From: a virus
Lineage: Duplodnaviria; Caudoviricetes
IMG/VR virus record: IMGVR_UViG_3300014059_000970
Location: 58,805 to 122,804 of that record
DNA length: 64,000 nt
Reading direction: 5' to 3' (one strand)
The notes below the pieces were generated by a model. It ran no database searches and had not been told where the DNA came from. It saw nothing but the letters and a program-made list of their open reading frames with translations. Position numbers and translations under genes: made by a program. Shown in pieces: positions 28,451-34,189 of the stretch. Positions within the stretch are counted from its first letter, which is position 1, and the number at the start of each line of letters is the position of its first letter.

Positions 28451-29119
28451 TCATTCTCCTAAATTGTTGTCCTCTAATAACTTGCGTATAGCTTCTATAT
28501 TAGATGCCATAGCGTATGTTGGAATTTCCTTTCCATTTACATACTTTGCTTGGCACATTATTGCCATGCCAACTACCTCGGTCCCATCCTCATTTAGAAC
28601 GGGGGAGCCACTGCGACCGGGAATAATTGGCGGATTAAAATTAAATATATTTGGCTTTTCTTTATTTGATTCAAGAAAGACGCCTTTGAACGCACTTGGC
28701 CACGCCCCGTTTGAGCAGCCGTAGCTCCAAATTGTATATAATTCTTTGCTGTCTTTTGCTAGTTTGAGTGGTTTAAACGGCCTATAGTCACCAAAGTCTG
28801 TTTTAGCCACTTTTACCACAGAAATGTCTGTAGTTGTCCATTCTTCATATAGCCACAAAAGCTTAGTTGCTTTTACGTTTTTGGCCTTACCTCCATGAGT
28901 TAACATTAAGGTTATTTCTTTATCATCTAGCCCACCAACAAAATGGCCGGCACTTATAAGATAATAATTTTCATCGTCTTCTTTATAGCACCAAGCCGTT
29001 CCAAAAGCCTGGCCATTACTTATTCTGCAAATCGAATCACAGACTTCATTAATCCCGGCGTCAGATAAGTTTGATAAGGAGGCCAGAATTAATAAAGAGA
29101 AAAGAAATTGTTTAATCAT
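28451..29119 (-). CDS. Secreted trypsin-like serine protease
   Basis: Signal peptide, SAGH, DISVV and GRSGSP. Confidence 0.82.
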   Translation of the reverse strand: MIKQFLFSLLILASLSNLSDAGINEVCDSICRISNGQAFGTAWCYKEDDENYYLISAGHFVGGLDDKEITLMLTHGGKAKNVKATKLLWLYEEWTTTDISVVKVAKTDFGDYRPFKPLKLAKDSKELYTIWSYGCSNGAWPSAFKGVFLESNKEKPNIFNFNPPIIPGRSGSPVLNEDGTEVVGMAIMCQAKYVNGKEIPTYAMASNIEAIRKLLEDNNLGE

Positions 29120-29120
29120 A

Positions 29121-29591
29121 CTACTTAAATTTTAGAGTATCAATTGTTACCTCGACGCTGTTAATGGTTTTGAGTCTCTTAAGTTTATGCGCCAATTTTA
29201 GCGCGTTTCTATAAGATTCACATTCCAAAGTTAATATAAACTCAAGATGTTGAGAATAAGGGTCAATTGTTAGGAAATTGAATCTTTTTATTGGATAGCC
29301 TCTATATGAGGAAGGATTATCTGGCAAGTATTTGTCTTTATGTTCATCAAAAAACCTAATTGATATTTTGGCTGGCGTTTTATTTAGCTTTGATTTTAAT
29401 AAGCCTTTTTGCATAACTTTCATTGCCCTATCTAGAATATCCCATTTTACATCTTGCTTATATGTCAATGTCCAGTTTTGGAAATTAGACTTGATTTCAT
29501 CTTTACCCATTAATTTAGGAAATGTATGAATGTCGTCATTTTTATTAAACATTATTTTACGGCTTGGCCTCCCATTCTTCTCTAAAATCAC
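29121..29591 (-). CDS. Hypothetical protein
   Basis: ORF in operon context. Confidence 0.5.
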   Translation of the reverse strand: MILEKNGRPSRKIMFNKNDDIHTFPKLMGKDEIKSNFQNWTLTYKQDVKWDILDRAMKVMQKGLLKSKLNKTPAKISIRFFDEHKDKYLPDNPSSYRGYPIKRFNFLTIDPYSQHLEFILTLECESYRNALKLAHKLKRLKTINSVEVTIDTLKFK

Positions 29592-29808
29592 GAATCACAA
29601 AAAGTCCTCCTAAAATTAGGAAACCGTAATTTATTACCGTTTGAATATTTATTGAATCTTGCTGGTCTGTTTTAACTATGCTTTCAGTGTGTTCTGGACT
29701 TACTTGTTTTACCTCAACTGCTTCGTTAACATTAACTGACGAAGTTGTCGTATAAAGTCTAAATCCTAAAAAACAAACCAGCAACACCAAATACTTAATC
29801 ACTAACAT
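29557..29808 (-). CDS. Small membrane protein
   Basis: Two hydrophobic segments. Confidence 0.5.
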   Translation of the reverse strand: MLVIKYLVLLVCFLGFRLYTTTSSVNVNEAVEVKQVSPEHTESIVKTDQQDSINIQTVINYGFLILGGLFVIRDFREEWEAKP

Positions 29809-30109
29809 CTCCTTTATTTAAATTATCTATTAAACCCTTGCCAAGTTCTGTAATGCCATAAACCACATCTTCACCGTCTAGCTCTGCTTCTACTAGACCC
29901 TTTTTAGTCATTTCACTTAATGTGTGTTGAACAATAAGTTGATTGATGAATTCTGCAAACTCCTCTTCGCTAAATTCGTCCTTTGTTTTAGCAATTTCTT
30001 GGACTGCGTACATCGCAATAGAATCAAGGGCTAGTTCAGAAAGGTCCGATTCTGCTTCTGCGTGGTTAAATGTTTCTAGGGCCAAATACAAATGCTGTTC
30101 TGTTATCAC
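29795..30109 (-). CDS. Acidic hypothetical protein, winged-helix-like C-terminus
   Basis: LSEMTKKGLVE...YGITELGK. Confidence 0.5.
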   Translation of the reverse strand: MITEQHLYLALETFNHAEAESDLSELALDSIAMYAVQEIAKTKDEFSEEEFAEFINQLIVQHTLSEMTKKGLVEAELDGEDVVYGITELGKGLIDNLNKGDVSD

Positions 30110-30254
30110 AAACCGTCCTTTTGTTAAGAGACTTCATAGAAGTACATATAAATAGAAAATGCGGTAGATATTATATTCCTTCGCCAATAACGTCTTATTG
30201 GCTGAGCCTTACTCCACAGCCAAATAATATCCTAGGTAAGTCTTTCCGCAAAAG

Positions 30255-30326
30255 TAGCGTGCCGGGGAGTCGAACCCCGCTTATGATGTTTCCAGAACAC
30301 CCAACTCACCCCGAGTTCTGCACACT
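30255..30326 (-). tRNA. tRNA-Pro(TGG), atypical (C33, A37)
   Basis: AGTGTGC/GCACGCT and GGTGT-TCTGGAA-ACATC. Confidence 0.75.
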
Positions 30327-30776
30327 ATAAATCTTCAAATTTCCAACAACCTCGATGTATACCATGATGGCAATTACAACAAAGCGGTATCAAATTTGAT
30401 TTATCGTTATTTTCTCTGTTGTGGTCTATATGATGAATATCTACACAACTTTTGAATTCATCGTAACCACATCTAACACAAACTAACTCTTCTTTTGACC
30501 AAATTCTTTACATTTTCTTGAACAGAAGTATAATCCGCTTCTAGAGCCACCTAAATGGTTCTTCCTTCTTGAAAAGGACTTCTTACATTGATAGCATTCT
30601 AGTTCAACATATGAAGTGCTATTTTGTCTTCTGTATTCGTTAGAACATGCAAATTTACAACAAGTATAGTCTTGACTGATTCTGGTGAAAAAACTGTTGT
30701 TGCAAATTGGACAAACTTTTTCGTACCCTTTTCTAGTTTTACCATACGGGTCTGTAAATGTAATTAATTCTGGCAT
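30325..30776 (-). pseudogene. Zn-finger/HNH endonuclease split by a -1 frame change
   Basis: Frame 0 has CPIC...FCSRKC and stops at 30483. The -1 frame encodes CVRCGY...IHHIDHNRENNDKSNLIPLCCNCH...* to 30325. Confidence 0.75.
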
Positions 30777-30838
30777 AACTTAATATACACCAGAATTGTA
30801 TTGCAAAGTACATTAAATCCACAATATTTGGTAAAAAA

Positions 30839-30906
30839 TGGAGCTTACGAGAATCGAACTCGTTAGCCGATTTTGCAGGAATCAGCGCTTACCCATAAGA
30901 AACCCC
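30839..30906 (-). tRNA. tRNA-Ala(TGC), atypical D arm, C33
   Basis: GGGGTTT/AAGCTCC-A with G3:U70, and loop CCTGCAA. Confidence 0.75.
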
Positions 30907-30907
30907 A

Positions 30908-30965
30908 TATACGGACCAATGATACTCGTCATTTGGTTGAACCAAAGAGTGGAGTGGTCCGTGTG
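30908..30965 (-). ncRNA. Promoter-proximal hairpin RNA
   Basis: ACGGACCA/TGGTCCGT enclosing ACTC/GAGT and TTTGGT-TCA-ACCAAA. Confidence 0.4.
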
Positions 30966-30973
30966 TTACTTAC

Positions 30974-31001
30974 ATTATACACTATTTATTTCGATTGTCA
31001 A
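30974..31001 (-). promoter_or_regulatory. Sigma70-type promoter
   Basis: TTGACA-N16-TATAAT. Confidence 0.75.
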
Positions 31002-31079
31002 GGGAAAATTTGCGAGATTTTGTAAGTTTTTCCATCGACCACAAAAGGCTTGGCATTAAAAGGGTCTAAATGGAAGAAA

Positions 31080-31283
31080 TTAACGCTCATAAGAGTCTCT
31101 TTTCCAACTAGAAAGTCTATTCTTAATAAGATTGCCCCATTTATCCCGTTCGTGCCTATTTATTGCTTCTAACCAAGTCCAACATTGCTGTTTAACGTCT
31201 TCAAGTTCATGATATCCATAAATAAAATTTGGAGCTATTTTATCTATAATGGTGCTTAAAATAATCCTGTCTTCTTCTGTCAT
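31080..31283 (-). CDS. Small protein resembling a sigma region-2 fragment
   Basis: ELEDVKQQCW...IKNRLSSWKRD. Confidence 0.35.
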   Translation of the reverse strand: MTEEDRIILSTIIDKIAPNFIYGYHELEDVKQQCWTWLEAINRHERDKWGNLIKNRLSSWKRDSYER

Positions 31284-31302
31284 TGTATTTTTATGAAATA
31301 AC

Positions 31303-31380
31303 CTAGACACATTTTGGGAGTCGAACCCTTTAAAAAACTTTCACATTTTTTATTTACTATTTAATTGCTGTTCGTGCCTA
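31303..31380 (-). ncRNA. ACAGCAA-family RNA, copy with T-arm cargo
   Basis: TAGGCAC-GAACAGCAA ... GGG-TTCGACT-CCC ... GTGTCTAG. Confidence 0.7.
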
Positions 31381-31382
31381 AG

Positions 31383-31455
31383 TGGGGCCTACTGGTTACG
31401 CTCCAGTTCCTCTAGCTTTTCAGACTAGCGCTTCTACTAAGTTAGCTTCGACCCC
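31383..31455 (-). tRNA. tRNA-Phe(GAA), non-canonical T loop AGCGTAA
   Basis: CTAGT-CTGAAAA-GCTAG. Confidence 0.82.
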
Positions 31456-31459
31456 ATAA

Positions 31460-31572
31460 CTAGATACATTTTAAGGGTTTTACCATTAAACTACACCACC
31501 ATTAGGCGGTGACAGGACTCGAACCTGCGTCACTACATTAAAAGTGTAATTTTAAACTGCTGTTAGTATCTA
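31460..31572 (-). ncRNA. ACAGCAA-family RNA carrying a circularly permuted tRNA-Lys(UUU)
   Basis: TAGATAC-TAACAGCAG, then anticodon arm, T arm, acceptor stem closed by TAAT, D arm, and GTATCTAG. Confidence 0.85.
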
Positions 31573-31574
31573 AG

Positions 31575-31647
31575 CGGCTATTACGAGGATTGCACTCGCC
31601 ACGGTCTGCTTGACGGGCAGATATCACCTCTAGGTGAACTAATAGCC
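31575..31647 (-). tRNA. tRNA-Asp(GTC), atypical (C33, T loop TGCAATC)
   Basis: GGCTATT/AATAGCC-G73 and TCTGC-CCGTCAA-GCAGA. Confidence 0.75.
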
Positions 31648-31651
31648 AAAA

Positions 31652-31740
31652 CTAGATAGTAGTGCCCTTTAGGTGGGCCTCCGCACCTTTGCCTTTCGGC
31701 GTTACTACAACGTATTATGGTTGATTGCTGTAACTATCTA
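31652..31740 (-). ncRNA. ACAGCAA-family RNA, copy with GC-rich multi-hairpin cargo
   Basis: TAGATAG-TTACAGCAA ... GCC-GAAA-GGC ... CTATCTAG. Confidence 0.7.
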
Positions 31741-31743
31741 AAG

Positions 31744-31828
31744 TCGGTCGTAGAAGAATTGAACTACTTGCCGCCACCACACATATTAATGGCAATTGTT
31801 TTACAGACAACCGTGTGGATTACGACCG
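31744..31828 (-). tRNA. tRNA-Tyr(GTA) lacking a D arm
   Basis: CGGTCGT/ACGACCG-A, GTTGT-CTGTAAA-ACAAT and a long V arm. Only ~10 nt replace the D arm. Confidence 0.65.
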
Positions 31829-31830
31829 AT

Positions 31831-31900
31831 TATAATTGTATCACGCCAGTCGGTCTATTTCTAGGGAAACTGGAATAACTTTTATCGACATACAATTATA
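31831..31900 (-). ncRNA. Hairpin element between tRNAs
   Basis: Perfect 11-bp TATAATTGTAT/ATACAATTATA enclosing CCAGT/ACTGG. Confidence 0.4.
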
Positions 31901-31901
31901 G

Positions 31902-31985
31902 CAGTTGGGAAGAGAGTCGAACTCTTCGGGCTTGTTACACCTGATTGTTTTCAAAACAATTTGACACGCCAATGTCCGCCCAACT
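31902..31985 (-). tRNA. tRNA-Ser(TGA)
   Basis: AGTTGGG/CCCAACT-G73, loop TTTGAAA and a long V arm. Confidence 0.85.
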
Positions 31986-32116
31986 ATGTTTTACTAGAAT
32001 ATCTCCGCGCTTAACCTCTGTATCTTTTGGCAATAATACGCCAATACGGTCGCCTGGACCAATAGCTCTATTAGTCATACAAAGTTCTACACCAAGAACT
32101 CTAACAATTTCATTTT

Positions 32117-32296
32117 TCACGGGTTTTCTTTTCTCCAAGTCTTTTCAAACTCAGTTTGTACATTTTCTATCGAAAGTTCTAATAGTGTCTTTTCTATTAT
32201 CGCCTTACTCTCAAGAATCTCTTTTTGCAATTGTCTGATATGTCTTCTATGGTATAGCATACAATCAATTTTGATTCTTATTTCGTAATCTTTCAT
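32117..32296 (-). CDS. Small hypothetical protein (start MKDYE)
   Basis: The part of the ORF that lies outside tRNA-Lys. Confidence 0.4.
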   Translation of the reverse strand: MKDYEIRIKIDCMLYHRRHIRQLQKEILESKAIIEKTLLELSIENVQTEFEKTWRKENP

Positions 32297-32299
32297 AAG

Positions 32300-32375
32300 T
32301 GCAACCGGAGGGATTTGAACCCACATTGTGTCATCGCTTAAAAGGCGAGTGCATTTGCCATTCTGCCACAGTTGC
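32300..32375 (-). tRNA. tRNA-Lys(TTT)
   Basis: GCAACTG/CGGTTGC-A and loop CTTTTAA. Confidence 0.88.
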
Positions 32376-32437
32376 ATAAAAAGTCGCCCCATCCCTATAA
32401 CAATTCGCGAACGAAAAGTTCAAGTGAGGAGCGACTA

Positions 32438-32509
32438 CTGTGTAGACAAGATTTGAACTTGTATCCCCGAAGTTAACAGCTTCGTGCATTACCGTTATGC
32501 TACCACACA
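32438..32509 (-). tRNA. tRNA-Asn(GTT)
   Basis: CGAAG-CTGTTAA-CTTCG and G73. Confidence 0.93.
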
Positions 32510-32513
32510 AAAA

Positions 32514-32553
32514 CCATACACTCTAGCTTAAAGTCGTCTGTATGGGAACGACT
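32514..32553 (-). ncRNA. H-type pseudoknot in tRNA spacer
   Basis: Stem AGTCGT/ACGACT. The loop CCATACA pairs with downstream TGTATGG. Confidence 0.5.
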
Positions 32554-32555
32554 AG

Positions 32556-32637
32556 TGGCAGGGGCGGGACTCGAACCACTTTAATGCGTTCTCTTGGTTA
32601 TGAGCCAAGTGAGATAACCAGCCTTCTCTACCCTGCG
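32556..32637 (-). tRNA. tRNA-Met(CAT), initiator-like, with insertion at the V/T junction
   Basis: C1xC72 mismatch and CTTGG-CTCATAA-CCAAG. Confidence 0.75.
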
Positions 32638-32642
32638 TCAAA

Positions 32643-32713
32643 AGTTGCAAAAAGGAATCGAACCCAATCTTTCAGCTTTGAGGGCTGACGTGCTTCCGTT
32701 ACACTATCGCAAC
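32643..32713 (-). tRNA. tRNA with UCA anticodon (opal-suppressor-like)
   Basis: GTTGCGA/TTGCAAC-U73 and TCAGC-CCTCAAA-GCTGA, with a weak T stem. Confidence 0.65.
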
Positions 32714-32716
32714 AAG

Positions 32717-32789
32717 TCGCGTATTAGGGAATTAAACCCCGTTCTCCACCAATATGCACGGTGGCGAGTTAACATTACTCCATTACGCA
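32717..32789 (-). tRNA. tRNA-like gene with 9-nt anticodon loop (central CAT)
   Basis: CCACC-GTGCATATT-GGTGG, D arm GAGT/ACTC and T loop TTTAATT. Confidence 0.5.
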
Positions 32790-32791
32790 AG

Positions 32792-32862
32792 TGGGCGAGG
32801 TAGGACTCACACCTACAAACACCGGTTTTAATCCCGGCCGCTTTAAATTAGCGTACCCGCCC
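32792..32862 (-). tRNA. tRNA-like gene with 8-nt anticodon loop GATTAAAA
   Basis: GGGCGGG/CTCGCCC-A, GCCGG/CCGGT and GTAGG-TGTGAGT-CCTAC. Confidence 0.5.
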
Positions 32863-32926
32863 AAAAACCCGGCCATTATTTCCATAACCTATTCGGTTAG
32901 CGGGATACCGGGGAATTAATTTTCAG

Positions 32927-32998
32927 TAACCCATAAGAGAATCGAACTCTTTTCTGCTCCTTGAAAGGGAACCGACATCACCAGTAGTCCAATGGGTC
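32927..32998 (-). tRNA. tRNA-Glu(TTC)
   Basis: GTTCC-CTTTCAA-GGAGC. Confidence 0.92.
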
Positions 32999-33038
32999 AT
33001 TACGATAGTTTAACCTACACCACTATCAAAGGGACTAA

Positions 33039-33109
33039 CAGGTTTACTCCGATTCGGACGGAGGATAATTGTTTTGGAGACAATTGTGATACCGCTTCAC
33101 TATAAACCT
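33039..33109 (-). tRNA. tRNA-Trp(CCA)
   Basis: AGGTTTA/TAAACCT-G73 and ATTGT-CTCCAAA-ACAAT. Confidence 0.9.
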
Positions 33110-33110
33110 A

Positions 33111-33203
33111 TGGTCAGGATGCTGGAATTGAACCAGACAATTACGTGTGACGAGCCTAAGCTCAGCATCCATTGGATTTCAGGTCCGCCGGTCACTCATC
33201 CTG
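33111..33203 (-). ncRNA. tRNA-like RNA with acceptor stem, T arm and encoded CCA but no canonical D or anticodon arm
   Basis: CAGGATG/CATCCTG-ACCA, CTGG-TTCAATT-CCAG and an internal GTGAC/GTCAC multiloop. Confidence 0.65.
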
Positions 33204-33210
33204 TAAGTCT

Positions 33211-33238
33211 ATTATACACTATTTAAAACGATTGTCAA
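33211..33238 (-). promoter_or_regulatory. Sigma70-type promoter driving the main tRNA/ncRNA array
   Basis: TTGACA-N16-TATAAT. Confidence 0.78.
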
Positions 33239-33268
33239 GCCATTTTTCGGAAAAATCTTGGAAAATTT

Positions 33269-33499
33269 TTAATGGGGAGGCTCTAGGTCTATATGTAGGT
33301 CTTTTATAGCCTTAAGCACTTTTCTTGCCCAGATTCTGTCCTGCTCTTTAACCGCCTCTGATAACTCGCAGTAAGGCACCCAAAAATGCTCCCAGCGTGA
33401 CAGTCTTGATTCCGACACTTCTCCTGCGACCGATTTGGACCACTCTACCCATTGGTCGTGTTCTAATTCTGCTAGTTTTTCGACTAATTCATCCTTCAT
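33269..33499 (-). CDS. RyR-domain-like small protein
   Basis: LAELEHDQW...VPYCELSEAVKEQDR. Confidence 0.65.
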   Translation of the reverse strand: MKDELVEKLAELEHDQWVEWSKSVAGEVSESRLSRWEHFWVPYCELSEAVKEQDRIWARKVLKAIKDLHIDLEPPH

Positions 33500-33882
33500 T
33501 GAAATAGCTCCAAATCCTGTTCTGGGTATATAACACTTCTAACTAATTGTGTTTGCATTTCATATAATTTTTCAAGAGCGCCTTCTTTGTATAAGTCTTG
33601 CACTTCTTGAGAAATTCCACTTATATATTCTTCAAAAGTAGCATATCTGCGCGGTTCATCAAAAAGAACCATATATACATAGTCTTGTCTCCAGCCTTCA
33701 AAAATATCCCACCTTTTTAGAGTAAAATCATTTTTAAGGCCACAAAATGTCAGGGCCGGCATGGAGGCAACAATTCTACCAACTCCAGGAAAACCAGTTA
33801 CTTTAGAACAAACAATATCCCCAATTTTATATATTGGCTCATTTGTCTGGGATATTAAATCTTCAAACTCCAGTGTCGTCAT
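33496..33882 (-). CDS. Hypothetical protein
   Basis: ATGA-coupled ORF. Confidence 0.55.
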   Translation of the reverse strand: MTTLEFEDLISQTNEPIYKIGDIVCSKVTGFPGVGRIVASMPALTFCGLKNDFTLKRWDIFEGWRQDYVYMVLFDEPRRYATFEEYISGISQEVQDLYKEGALEKLYEMQTQLVRSVIYPEQDLELFQ

Positions 33883-34189
33883 TCTTTTCTTCCTCCCTTA
33901 TTAGTTTATTGGCCAATTCCATCATCCTATCATATCTCTCGTCTTTTTTCTTTTGTTTTTCTGTCCTAGGATATTGGTCTGTCCAAGTAGCAAATTGTCT
34001 CACTCCACATTTATCACAAACCACATTAGTTGAGCTAGAATGATATTCTGTATGTTCTATTGTTTGGTGTTCACGCATCCATTTGTGGTCACAATAACCT
34101 GGATATTTAAAGTCACATCGCTGGCATTGCTTATCTAGAAAAAACCAAAAGGACTTTTTATGTCCAAAGATTTTACAGAGTAAACTCAT
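33863..34189 (-). CDS. Cys/His-rich small protein
   Basis: LCKIFGHK, CQRC, CDHKW and CDKCG. Confidence 0.55.
   Translation of the reverse strand: MSLLCKIFGHKKSFWFFLDKQCQRCDFKYPGYCDHKWMREHQTIEHTEYHSSSTNVVCDKCGVRQFATWTDQYPRTEKQKKKDERYDRMMELANKLIREEEKNDDTGV

Noticed and set aside
30839-30906. tmRNA (GGGG start, G3:U70)
   Set aside because: It is only 68 nt, has a TGC anticodon arm and has no tag reading frame, so tRNA-Ala fits better.
31652-31740. c-di-GMP-I riboswitch (GAAA tetraloop)
   Set aside because: Other consensus elements are not recognisable, it does not precede a CDS, and it is enclosed in the ACAGCAA scaffold.
31935-32138. 67-aa ORF
   Set aside because: It may be real, but its last 17 codons run into tRNA-Ser and it has no recognisable motif, so it was left uncalled.
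32643-32713. tRNA-Sec
   Set aside because: It has a 7-bp acceptor, a short variable loop and U73, and lacks the selC architecture.
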